A program made the translations under genes and the position numbers. The notes beneath the pieces are model-generated. The model was not told the origin of the DNA. It did not search any database and worked only from the letters and a program-made list of their open reading frames with translations. Of a DNA stretch of 64,000 nucleotides, positions 12,681 through 28,416 are shown piece after piece. Origin of the DNA: Amoebophrya sp. A120. Lineage: Eukaryota; Protista; Dinoflagellata. Location of the stretch: NCBI GenBank assembly GCA_905178155.1, contig CAJINV010000004.1:2246391-2310390 (forward strand), in the 5' to 3' direction. The number at the start of each line of letters is the position of its first letter. The first letter of the stretch is position 1.

Positions 12681-15600
12681 ATGATGCAAGGCCTACTGAA
12701 GCCGTACAAGAACGTGGCTGCTATCCTGAGCAGAAACGTCCCTGCCCCAGAGTCAATGATTGGGTACGTAGCAATAAAAGAAATCCAGAAGCTTTCGGAG
12801 TCACGCATGACAAGTTCCTCGCTGCATTGTAGTGCAGTTGAGCAAGCGCGGCCGCATGACCACAGTGCCGTCCTCTCCTTGTCCTGTTTAGAGCAGCGCT
12901 AGTACAACTACACATGCCATCAAAAGTTACGGCTGGAAATGTCTACTTTGTCATCATGGGCGGGACGCGCATTGCAAATGTTAATGTTCCTGCAGTGCCA
13001 AATCTGCATGACAACCCAACCCTGCTGGGGTGAGAACGTTTTTGTCCAGGATAGCCGTGGAGAAGCAGCAGCGCGACGCGGCCAACAAGTCCAACGCCTC
13101 GGAACTATCAAATGTAAAAATGTCCGGGTCTGGAAGACTGCCAGGTTTGTGTTGCATATTCTGCATCAGCCACCAAGCATCACAGATTCTTAGAGGGCTT
13201 TGTGATGCCGATTCCGCATGAGAGATACCCTCCACACGTGGCACAAACTGGCCTCGTCTTGCTGGTCATGCATCACAGATTTCTTTAGAATCCACAGACA
13301 GCATCACAAGTTGGATCCTTCCAGACCCAGACATTTTTACAATCCATAGGAACCTCTCTCGGTCCAATCTGGCATCAGCTCGGATGGCACGCACTCCTCC
13401 GCCGGGGCGGCGCACCAGGGTATGACGAACGAAGATTTAAGTAATTCTGCCCGCTTCCTCCGTATTTGTACTAAATGTATGTTATCCCACAGAAAAAAGC
13501 TGGCAGGTCACATTTGTAATGCAAAAATAAATACACAAAGCAATCTGTATTGCGTATCCGAAGCAGCATGCTATGAGGCCGCCCATGGCAGATTTTTCTG
13601 TGTATTTATTTTTGCATTACAAATATGCCCTGCCGGCTTTTTTCTGTGGGATATATGTTGAAACTCAAATTATATTAACCTCGTTTCCTCAGCCTGCGAG
13701 CTGTCTGTTCCATGATCGGCATGGTGACAGAGTATCGAGAAAAACCGTACATCAACCGCAGTACGCATGGATTGCGAGAACTGTGCCCTGTTTGGAATCA
13801 TGGCATCCTATGGCGTCACTGATTCAACATGCAGCTAGTGTTAGAAGATAAGGCGATGGGAATATGGTGAAAATTATACTTCTTGTTTACTCATTCTGCA
13901 TCTTCACTTGCGACGAGCTCTTTTACCACTACCAAATAAGGAGGTTGTTGGACGGGTGGAATCAAGGGGTTTTTTGTGCACGCTGATACATGACAGCAGC
14001 AGTACCCAAGCGACGTCGAGCGGGGAGTTGAGTCCGCCTATCAAGAAGAGAAATCCCCCCTCGTCCCAATATCGAAAAGGCACGCCTCAGAAAATTTGCA
14101 GTGTTGATTTGGGGCCACAAGTGGCCTCTTTCTTGCAAGAAGGCAACTGCTCTACCGGCTCCGCGGTTTAGGATGCTCCTAGACCGCATTACACAGGCGG
14201 TTTGGGATGCCTACGTTAGACCTAGTACAGGGAAGGCGTCTGCCATGCTATGCGCCTACCCCAAAACATCCGCGCTAAGGCGGTCCAGTACTGCAAGTCA
14301 CAGTACTGCAAGACACAGCTCCGGATTTGTGTACAATAAACCTGCATCACAGATTTCCGCTTTGATAGGGGGAGGGAGGATTGATTTTTCTTCTTGATAC
14401 CGCCCACGTTGCTGCACATCCGGAAGCCGTTCTGCCAACCGGTATTACAGTGAAAAATGCCCCCACGACCCCGGAATTTGCAAAAGGTTCTCATGCATAA
14501 GGTTTTCAAATGAAGAACTTTTTATTTATGCATAAAAGGACTATGACTATGAGCCTCTCTGATGCAGCAGAATCTAGGCACGGAAGGTAGTTGCTGCATC
14601 AGAGATCCGCCTGCTCTTGGGCTCCTTTGCAAAACAAATTTCAGCTATTCAGCATGGCAAATTTGTCATGCTGATATATGCAAGACGGGGAGTGTTTCCA
14701 TCGGAAGGGTTTGCAATACAAATGCTGCCAGGTAGTGCTGGGGTGTGGGCATTTTTCATTGTAATAACAGGAGCCGCGGATCAAGGACAGAAAAGAGCGG
14801 GAGAAGGCGGAACGTATCAACTACTATAGTGCTGATTTATTTGACTTCTCTGTTGGACTTGGAGTTGGTCTAGTATCGCTTGTGCTCCTTCGAACAAACC
14901 CAAAAATCCTCTTCCTGACTGTACTCGCCGGCTTGCCAAATGTTGCGCGCGGACGAACATCAATTCCCCAGGTGCTATGCCCGTCCCGGTTTCCTCCAGT
15001 CCTTCGCTGGCACACAGGACGTTTCTCGGCACCGCCTACCTGGGCTTCAACAAGAACCACACCGGCGCGCTATCGTATTTAAAAACGTCCCTAACCCATA
15101 TTTGTATATGCAAATTTGCATGCTGAAAATGTTTCTCATGCGCAGCCCAATTAGAAGCATTTTCTACCTGCGTTTTGGAATTTGTTATGCGCCAACCAGC
15201 ATGACCATGACATACTAGATCTGTGATGCTTCTGAGCTACCTCAAACAGCAACACACTACGAGTCCGAATTTGTCATGCAAAACAGCCAAAGCGTGTGGT
15301 GTGGATTTGTCTAGCCGATTCCCCGTCTTGACTATGGGGTGGGGACGTTTTTACATGGGATACGCGCCCAACAACCTGCACCCGGTGCAGAACGTGAAGG
15401 ACAAAGAGGTCCACGTATTGAGAGGAAAAATCCCCCCTCCCCATATCGAAAAGGTCTGCTTCCGAAAATTTGTGATGCAGACTTGTGACCACAAATGCTG
15501 TCTGTCTTGCAAGAGGGCAAACTCAGAGACTCCGCCACGATATGCAGACGATTTGTAATGCTGCAAGACCTATAGGGCAGACGTCTTCCATGCTAGGCCC

Positions 15601-18600
15601 CTACACCAAGAGGCCCGCCCTTAGGCTTGCGATCTGCGTGCAGTCCTTTACTGCAAGACAAATGTGATTTGTGTACTCAAATACAGCAACACAAATTTCA
15701 TTTTCGATATGGGGAGGGGGGATTTTTCCTCTCAATACCACGCACTGTACGAGGGCCAGGTGATGACGGAAATAGCCGTATCTTGTGTGAAAATGTTATC
15801 AAATGCAAATGTGTCTGGGTCTGGAAACTTGTGATGCTAAAAGGTGGATGATGGAAACAGATCCGAATTCAACTCAGCATGACAACTTTCTAGAACGCTT
15901 TCTCATAGGCAATCCGCATGAGAAGCTGCGCTTTTCTATGTACTTACAAAAGAGGCCGCGACCGTTGTTGGTTTATGCACTACAGATTTCCTAGGTATGG
16001 AAAGCTAGCATTACAAGTTCCAACCTTCCAGACCCAGACATATTTGCATGTGATAAATGTACCCAGCTCCCTATAGTACTCGTAGTTGTCGTCCTTGTCT
16101 ACCCTGGGCGTAATTGCATTGATTTGACCATCGCAAGGCGGCGAGTAGATTCTCATGCGGCTTCTTGTGGTGGTGCCAGCAACTCAATGTAGTTCCTCTT
16201 GCAGCTCTACCAATCAGGATTGGAAAGTGGATTTGTGATCCCTCCGCTCTGACTAAGCGCGACGTGTGGCCGGAATGGCAAAACCAAAAGATTAGATGGG
16301 AATACTTCTCTTGTCTAGTTCCGGGACTTCTCGCATAATCGTGGTGACTCGGTGTGGGGACGTTTTGACACAGGATAAGCTGCCACGGTGAAGAAGCCCG
16401 ACAATGTCAGCGAGAATTTATGGCTGGCGAACAATTTCGTGAAGATTCTGAAAGAGGTGCTAATGACTATTAGTTCATCCTAAAAAGTCGTGTGGTTGAT
16501 GTTAAAGTTCCATTTTTTCATCCCGTGCTGTGTCAAAGAAAAAATTATTGTATGTTTGGTTTTTGATCATGTGTTGGAATCATCTTTACATGAATCTCCT
16601 CCACGCGACAGGTGTCTATGGTCTCCTCCTTCATGCTGGCCGGGTGCTGCACGGAGGCCAGCTGTCCGGTGATGCGGGCCGGCACGCACACCTACTTGTT
16701 ATGCATTGCAAATATTTCTGATTCTCATGATTCTGGGTATTCGCACTCGCGGTCGCACTTACCGTTCGAAGAATTTAAGACTTGGGAAATTACTCAACTC
16801 CCATCCTGCTCCGTTGACTGCGCAATGCATGTAGTTTCGGGAATTACCTTGTTTCTTGAGGCAGAAGCACGCTTGCTCGTGCGCACTCTGCACCGCAGCA
16901 ACCTTCCACGATTTCGCGTCTTCCTTGGCTGTGTAAAAATTAGAGATACCTAGACAAGTTCAACCAGAGATATTTGCAATGCATTCCTCTGGCAAGACCA
17001 CCACCAGGACGGCAGCACCACGTCGGGCGTGGAGTATCCAGTGCAAAAGTATTCTGCTGGTGCTGATGGTTGCGACCATGCATAGCGAACCTAACCTTCG
17101 TCTCAGGCTAGAGCAGCATGACAAATTTTCTTGTTGATTTTTGTCATGCGATTTACACAACTAGTACGAGCACGACCACGAGTCTTTTGTGATGCATAGG
17201 GAGTTGTCCGCACCGAAATACATCAAGGCGGTTTTGGACACGGCACAGATATCAACTTGAAAAATGTCTGGGTCTGGAAGAATGCAAGTTTGTCATGCTT
17301 GTCTGGCATGACTCTTACATCTGTCATGCACATTACCAAAGAGCCCCAGTTTTCTGTCATGCAGAGACGTAGTTTGTCACGCAGAATAGGCAACACCTAG
17401 AAGCTACGAAACTTGTCATGCTGAGCCAGCAATTGTCGCCTCCTCATGATACGCCACACAGCATCACAAGTTTCCAGACCCAGACACTTTTGCATTTGAT
17501 AGCAGAACATGATCAACGATTCGCGGGTGTTCCCCAGGGAGAGCGGCAGACCCTTTCCGGAGTGCTTCAAGGAACTGGTACTTCATATTCAATCATTGAA
17601 TGGAAGATTACAGAGTTGCCGCGCGACGGAGATATTCATCCTAAAACCACAGCAAGATACACGACATTTTCGATTAGCCTGCTACGTAACCCGTTCCCAG
17701 TTTTGTTTAACTGCAAAAAAGAGCCACGTTCACATTTTCTGCATTACGCATAAATTTTGTTGCAGGTCGTTCCGCAGTTCCGGCGTTTCTTTCGGTGTAT
17801 GCCCTGCTGCCCGGCTGTGGCCATCTCGATGCGAATGCTGGCAAATTTGTCTTGCATGAATGGAAACGAGGTGCCGAGCGACCTACTGGGGGGGATTATC
17901 TATTCCCGGTCTTGTATGACACTGCAGTTTCGAATGCGGACAGGAACTAGACAGATGCTAATTTCGGATACAAAAACGACCGAGGCGCGTGGTGCGCATT
18001 TTGCAGCGCAGCTCGGCGCAATTGAGATTACCACAATTTTCACACTTCCATACGGTGCTACTGCCACTTCTACCGCCACTATCAAAGTGCACAACTCTGG
18101 CCCGCCCTCGTTTGTCGTGCAAAAAGCCACTCCGAGTACGGTAGCGAACTACCCTGTAGCACCGCTTCGCATGACGTCGCACTAACACATTCAAAGAGAA
18201 CTACAGTCTGCGCCTGGATTTGGCATGCTAACGTGCACAATTCTGATTCAGTCTGTGTATCTTTTGCTGTTTCATGAAGACTGCAATCCGTCGTGTCCGG
18301 ATTTGTCATGCAAAAGCTACATTTGTAGCAGTGCTTCTGTTGCTGCTCATGCCCTATAAATGAGTAAGGAGGGGGGAATTGTGTACTCTGATAACCACCA
18401 CTTCAAGCAGATGGAGGAGTTGGGCATTGAGAAGTATCCCGTGTACAAGCAAACTTGTCATGCGGAGAATTTCCATCCGCGAAAGCATTTGTGATGCGTC
18501 GGTCCCCATGAGAGGGGTTTTATACTTGCTGCGAGCAGCCGGCAGGTGATGAAGCTTTGTGATGGACAACCCAGGCTTCTTAAGTACCACCTAGGCGTCA

Positions 18601-19480
18601 AGATACAACAAATCGAAGGTTGTCATTATGCCAATTTCATCGCATAGGGACTTGCTGGAGTGTTGCCAAGTTTGCGTTGTTGCTCAGGATAAGCAGCGGG
18701 TGCGATTTTGCGCGGCGTTTTGCACCATGTTCTGCAAGGAGTTCAACATTTGCGCGAGCACGGAGTACGACACGATTGACACCATGATCGAGCAGTGGCT
18801 GGACGAGTTGGACAGTGAAAATCAGTATCAAATGGAAAAATGTCTGGGTCTGGAAGAATTCATGTTTGTCATGCTTGTCTGTCATGACTCTCAAATCTGT
18901 CATGCACGTTAAGTACCCAAGAGCGCCACTTTTCTGTCATGCAGAAGCGCAGTTTGTCATGCAGAATAGGCAACAGCGAGAAGCTCAGGAACTTGTCATG
19001 CTGAGCTAGCACTTGTGGCCTCCTCATGATACGCCGCCCAGCATCACAAGTTTCCAGACCCAGACACTTGTGCATTTGATAATCAGACCGGCAGTATCAG
19101 TTGTAAAACCATTCCCACCCGCCCAGAGTTGTCATGCAGATTTGCAATGACAGGCACAATTGTAATGCGTATCTCCATGCGAGGCATTTGCATTTCTAGT
19201 CGTGTAGCTGTGGCATTTGTAATGCCGTAACCAGGATAAAGTAATAGCAGATGGTGGATTTGCGATGCGCTTAGCGACCGTGCTAAGCTGCACCACACTA
19301 TGGACTGCAACTTGTGATGCGTGAGTCCCAAAACTTATACGCTTGCGTTGCAAAGCCAAAATCCCTCTCTTGACTCTAGAGTGGGGACGTTAGCTTTTCC
19401 TCAGGATAGACAGCGAAAACGGTAGCTCTTCCGACGCATCTCCCTACCAGAGACCGCAGAAATTGGCGTCGCAGAACTGA
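12681..19480 (+). CDS. MOB1/phocein-family kinase activator with N-terminal extension
   Basis: Reassembled exons read TVKKPDNVSENLWLANNFVKILKE, CCTEASCPVMRAGTHTYLWQD, ELSAPKYI, DSRVFPRESGRPFPECF and FCKEFNI, colinear with MOB1 (CTEASCPVMSAG, SAPKYI, FPSKIGVPFP, FVQEFNL). The start, the 13.4-13.9 kb junctions and the 17.8-18.6 kb junctions are uncertain. Confidence 0.8.
12722..13053. mobile_element. Introner family C
   Basis: TATCCTGAGCAGAAACGT...ACGTTTTTGTCCAGGATA; DR GCTGC/GCCGT. Confidence 0.8.
13106..13348. mobile_element. Introner family A
   Basis: A-type TIR; DR GGAAC. Confidence 0.9.
13483..13653. mobile_element. Foldback element (~65-bp arms) inside a GT-initiated intron
   Basis: TATCCCACAGAAAAAAGC...GCTTTTTTCTGTGGGATA; DR TATGT. 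Confidence 0.9.
14039..14399. mobile_element. Introner family B
   Basis: TATCAAGAAGA...TCTTCTTGATA; DR CCGCC. Confidence 0.88.
14443..14766. mobile_element. Introner, singleton family
   Basis: TATTACAGTGAAAAATGCCC...GGGCATTTTTCATTGTAATA; DR ACCGG/ACAGG. Confidence 0.85.
15071..15362. mobile_element. Introner family C
   Basis: TAAAAACGTCCC...GGGACGTTTTTA; DR CGCGC. Confidence 0.9.
15416..15737. mobile_element. Introner family B
   Basis: Perfect TIR TATTGAGAGGAAAAATCCCCCCTCCCCATATCGAAAA; DR CCACG. Confidence 0.92.
15797..16055. mobile_element. Introner family A
   Basis: A-type TIR; DR AATGT. Confidence 0.9.
16070..16377. mobile_element. Degenerate family C introner
   Basis: Intact right end GGGGACGTTTTGACACAGGATA, eroded left end; DR AGCTC/AGCTG. 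Confidence 0.6.
16700..16985. mobile_element. Introner, divergent A-like
   Basis: TATGCATTGCAAATAT...ATATTTGCAATGCATT; DR CTTGT/CCTCT; removal restores YLWQD. Confidence 0.85.
17035..17198. mobile_element. Short introner (D-type)
   Basis: TATCCAGTGCAAAAG...CTTTTGTGATGCATA; DR TGGAG/GGGAG. Confidence 0.8.
17250..17501. mobile_element. Introner family A
   Basis: A-type TIR; DR ACAGA/GCAGA. Confidence 0.9.
17798..18335. mobile_element. Probable highly decayed introner
   Basis: Starts TATG with remnant TTGTCATGC motifs; boundaries inferred from MOB1 alignment (FFRC-AAHA). Confidence 0.35.
18355..18629. mobile_element. Probable decayed introner
   Basis: TATAAATGA...TCATTAT, internal TTGTSATG motifs, flanking TGCC repeat. 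Confidence 0.45.
18826..19081. mobile_element. Introner family A
   Basis: A-type TIR; DR ATCAG. Confidence 0.9.
19095..19408. mobile_element. Introner family C
   Basis: C-type ends; DR GGCAG/GACAG. Confidence 0.8.
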
Positions 19481-20357
19481 TCGGATACTTACGGGGAGGA
19501 CGGGCAAGGAACTCCGCGCGGAGACGTCGGAAATGTCGCGGAGGAGTTAGTCGCTGCGGATACCGTATGAAGATCGAGGTTCTGTTGAAAAGATATTTCA
19601 TAAAGTGATACAGGGGCATGAATAGTAATATGTTTTTTACAGTAACAGCCGTAATGTATTTTATCTTGTAACGTTGTTTGAGCACATATTAGTTTGTAGT
19701 TGATTCGCTCATGTTTGTAGTTGATTCTTGCTTGTTTCAATCGCAGGTGAATAACGTGAATGTCGACAGGAAAGGCGACTAGCAAATTGTATAATCATAC
19801 TGCCATAGGAAATGGTGATAGTATTCAAGTTCAATGTGCATAGTCTGGCAGTGTTTCTCTCTTCAACCGAGAAAAGAGTAGCAAACCAATTTTTTGACGT
19901 TCTTGTATAACCATGTGGAATTCCTCAAAGAAAAGTTGTGGATGCGCACCAGCCCGCAAGGCAAGCGTGCCACGACACCAGTCCGAACGCATACAGTATT
20001 TAATGAGTTTCAATTTGGCTATGGATTTGGAAAGCCGAAGAGAGCGATAGCTTGTGTCGCCTCCGAATGTCCACTCTTGAGGACGACGTCGCGCAACGTG
20101 GCTGAAGTGCGACTGGAATAGTCATGTGATGTTCGCTCGGCGTAGTCACCCGAAGCGGAGACGAGACTGGTCGACACTCTTCAAACTTGTCGGTACTTGA
20201 CGCGATCAAACACAGCTGTAGCACGATCTCGAGTTCCTGGGAGAAACTCGGTAGACTAGCTTCTACAACCCGTCGCACCGTTCTTGCACTCCTAGGGATT
20301 GAAACTATATAGTAAAGTAGGTACAGCAACTCACGAAAGTGAGAGGAGCAACAAAAG

Positions 20358-21706
20358 ATGCGGCTTTCTTTCCCCAAACTGGTGTTCGCAACCGGCCTGG
20401 TGGGCCGGGTGCAGGCTGACTCCGCCACGATGACCGATGTTCCGTCTGGAGAGTTCGAAATTACAGGACAGATGAACGGGAAAGTGGAGGGGAAGAGTAC
20501 CACCCCCCCCCCCCCCGGATGGGATGCCGCAGGCGTTTCTGGAGACCGCGCAGATGAAGAATGTGACAGATGCTATGGTAATCATATTACTTTGTTTCAT
20601 CGACTCAAACAAATTACTTTGTTTCGATCATTACATAGGAAAAGCTTATTGGTTGTATGGCGGCGGTGACAGATGCATGTCAGTGCGCGTGATGTAGCAA
20701 AGGGTATTGCAAGAATCCTGAAAGAAACGTATGTATCCCATGCAAATAATGGTCCACACACAGGCATCCGCGATGTCCCGCGCCAAGGACGCAGTCAGTG
20801 TCAAAGTCGTGAAGAAGATCATTACTGACAAGGCGGTGACCGCTTTTGACCACCTCTTCGCCATGCAGTGCGAAATCACCACGGAGGTCTTCTTCCGCTG
20901 CGGCGCGGACAAGGACGGCGACGGACGGGTCTCCTGCGGTGAGCGGAAAGCGTTTTGCTCGCGCTGGAGTAGCCCGGGCGCGGAATCCTTTCTCCAGCCG
21001 GGTTTGTGGTCGTCGGGTTCGTCGTCGTCGGGTTCGTCGTCGTCGGGTTCGTCGTCGTCGGGTTCGGACGACGAGGTATTGCCGTGCACTTCGTTTCTTT
21101 TAGATTGCGAAACTAGTATGACACTACCGTCGAAATGCGTGCACACCACTGATTCGGCCGCGTTGCGAATCTGTTTGCACCCTCGCGAGAGGAAATTGAA
21201 TGCGCATGGTAAGAACGCGAGCACATGAAGATACGCAGACCGATGAGTGTGTTTTTCATGAAGCCCGGCAGCGGCGGGGCCTGCAACTCGCGCCGCCCGG
21301 CTGTTTCAAGGGCCGCCCCGGGAATTTTCGTTCTACTGATTTCCGTAAACTTTACCGACAGGGCGGCGACAAGAATTCGTGTTGGGGAGGATTCTGGCCG
21401 AGCGGCGGCCTTTTTGGTTCCTGCTTCGACACTTCCTCCTGCTGCGCCGTGGACGAAAAAGAGCCGGAGTACGGGATGCCGGACTACGATCAGTTTCCAA
21501 AGAGGGTGCTGTGGCCGAACGGCCAGAGGGAACATGTGTGGGTGTACTACAGTGAGACTGGCCGTCAGTATCTGGAGGGCCAACATGCTGCGCGCGTCAA
21601 CTTGCGTGCCAGGATCGTCAGTGAAGAGGATATCGCCGAGGCAAAGGAAATTATCCCCACGGACGACGGAGGGGAGATTGTCGTGCAGCCTGTGCGGAGG
21701 CCCTAA
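20358..21706 (+). CDS. Putative secreted protein with one EF-hand loop (paralog A); apparent +1 frameshift in a C14 run
   Basis: Signal-peptide-like MRLSFPKLVFATGLVGRVQA; GT-AG introns 20578-20763 and 21076-21361; EF loop DKDGDGRVSCGE; GGLFGSC motif. Confidence 0.6.
21009..21066 (+). repeat. 15-bp coding tandem repeat encoding a (GSSSS)n linker
   Basis: (GGTTCGTCGTCGTCG) about x3.5. Confidence 0.9.
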
Positions 21707-22838
21707 TTTTCTTTTCCATGGCCGTTGGGCCTCGCCCTGCTCTCCCTTCGTGTTAAATTTCCAGGTCCCTGCTCCTCTGCGATTGCTTAACGGCTTCGGC
21801 ACTATAGCGTTTCTTGTTTCATTTCGTTTCTTTTCCACTGGTGCTAGGTAGACGGACTTATGTATTCAGTAGCAGCCTGAAGTAGTGTATTTTACGTGGG
21901 ATTTATTAAGTATATTAGGATAGCAGATAGTTTCTTCAATTGGGAGTTTGTGTGTTGAGGACGGAGCAACGCAGGCGCATTTTGGTGAGTAGCATGAAGG
22001 GCAAGTTTGCAGCGTAGGCGGAAGCTTATTATAGCAAGAAATCGTGCTTGTGCAGTAACAGTGCGCACAAGTACGAGTACTCTAGATGACGTGTACATGG
22101 CCGCTCGAATTCAGTTCATGATCCGCGCCAGAGTGTTCATTGAATCCACCGTGAGGCGTGCCTGGCCGTGCAGCATAGTCGGTCCATGGATTAACAAGTC
22201 TGCAAGCCATTTAGGAAAAATGCGTGAATATGCAAAGATCTGAAGAGCTTCTTTGTCAGTCGATCCTGATTTTCACGATCCGTTCTGGAATTGCAATTTA
22301 TAACCTTACTACAAGAGTCTTGCAATTTTTTTACGGCAGAGCCCCCCGAGCAGATCGATCCTGCCCCACTGTCACAGCTACCCTTTTGTTCCAGGTGATT
22401 TTCTCAACGACGCACATTTTATCCCTCTGACGCACAAACCAAGATCGAAATCGTTTTGACTCGAGAATTCACAACAGTCGATCCTCACGATTTTTCGTTC
22501 CAACTCAGAAATCACAATCGAGATCCTACAGCCGTACTTCGAGTTCCAGCAAAGGTTTTGTGCGATTTTTTCCCGCTGTATTCCTCCATTTCCCCACACA
22601 CCGGTCATTCCCATTCACAGATACAGGAACGAAGAGTTGTGTAAGTTTTGTGGATCACTTTCCCCTCGAGTTGTTTTGCCACGGTTTGTTCTCCTACCTC
22701 TCGGAAACAGCACGCCGTTGACATCTCCACTCAGAAACGACCGCAATATTTCAATTTGAACACAGCAACTATATAGTACACCAGTTCCTCGCTAATCAGT
22801 AATAGTCTTTCCAAGAAACAAGTTTTCCGGTTTACAAG

Positions 22839-26547
<3,709 letters not shown>

Positions 26548-28416
26548 GGGGAGAGCAAGGTCATCTATCGGATGTGACGCACGAACATCTTTTTCGGCGA
26601 CAACTCGTAGCAGTACTACACATGGAATAAAACACGAAAAAAACGGCGACGCATAAAATGAACAACATTTTTGCTGGTACAGAATTTCTTTCTAGTGTAC
26701 ATGGTGTCACTCGGTCGTGTTTTGCTTTTGTTGTACTTGCCTATGGTTGAGAAGTTTCTGTGTCAGTCGACAATTGAGCAAAGCAGTGAATTCCTTAACA
26801 TTGAAATTCTCAGGTAGAGCGCCATCATCGCTGGTTTCTACCAGAAAGAAGAAGTCACACGAAGAGATTCGTCATCACACGACCTGTAGCCGCTGCCTCG
26901 ACGACATCTTCGAGGGGAAGCTACACAAGCTGGACTCACGCTTTTTCACATTCTACATCGCATCACCGCTGTTTGGAGGCTGTTAAGTTTGAATGAAGTC
27001 AACTCTTTCTATTACTGTATCTTGTTATACTGTTCTTTCCCTAGTACGATTCTGTCTCCCAGAACTAGAACAGTATATGCGTACAAAAAGACAGGTTTCA
27101 TGTATAAGTTTACCGTGACTTATCTGACCACCTGTCCATGAGCAGTATCGATTAAAGTGTTTACAGAATTTCACAATAGTTTTCGATTTTTGTTGGAAGT
27201 TGGCGGTTCTAATTTCCTATCATCGGAGACAACTCAAAGCACAATGATCGAGACTCAGTAGTTTTTACGGAATTTCAACCACCCATGTAGTTTTTGCTTC
27301 ATCACCCATCACAGGAAATGGTGCGCTGCAGAGCTTTCTGACCGCACAGCGATTGCTTGGTAGACTCAAAAGAAGCGAGATATATGGAACTATCACAGAG
27401 AAGCTTACGAAAAAACTACTGTCGCGAAGCATGTTCTCATTCAAGTTCGCATTCAAGAACCGCTTTTTCAATAGGAATATTCCCTCGCTGAAAATGAACT
27501 GTTGCGACGCAATCGTAGTTAGCGCTCAACGATTACTGTGCCTGGTATGATAAATCCCACAGCCTGGGACCGTCATAACGGTGCGCATATCACTTCTTGT
27601 GCTGAAAAACATAATTATCCGCTTCGTTACAATCCCATCTTCGCTGTCGGTGTTGCTGCAGTGCAGACGGCACGATTATTCAGACCCGAGTCTACTATTC
27701 AGCAGTGGTATTGTTACAATAACTTTTGTAGGCAAAAATGTACACAGAAGCGAAGAGATGGCATTGCGGACGTTTCTCGCCGCCATGTCTCAATGAATTT
27801 CTAATGACAAAATAACTTCTACTGATGCTACACTACTACGCTGTTGTAATTTGCTACGCTGCAATGAATGCCTTGCGCTGAAGACGCGATGCCGAAAGAC
27901 TTTTCCCAAAGACTGTAATTTTACAATGTACCCGAAAGACAGTGCCCTGTTTAAGATTCGAAGAATAAAGCAAGAAAACAGATAAAAAAATTGAAAAAGC
28001 CGCTTGTGCTGGGGAGCGACGCTATATCGTGGAAGCACCTGCGTAGCGCCGCCGTGGGGATATAGACCTGTGTAGAAGTAGTTAGAGTGCCTGTGGTAGA
28101 GGTGCTGCCTTGTTCGGATAACTGCTTTTGCTGTCTTTTGGTGGATCTAGTTCAAGACGTGAGGTGTAAGCGCCTCCTGTTGGTCCGTTTGATGTTGCAG
28201 CTGCTTCGTTGTCCGATTCTTCCGCCTAGCGACGACAAGCTTCTTCTTAAAACCTGGCCTTTGCCGTTGTAAAAAAGTTGCCTGTTCCAGATGAGAAACC
28301 GAAGTTGTTTTTGGCTAACTGTAACTGGAGCAGATTCGTTCTCAGAATGCCGTAACATGTTATTTGTGACGTTTACCACACGACACTTCGTCTGAACTCA
28401 AAACAGAAAAAACGAG

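Noticed and set aside
6539-19408. CRISPR-like array of ~30-bp repeats
   Set aside because: The repeats are inverted pairs about 250-350 bp apart, separated by exons, in a eukaryotic context with no cas genes.
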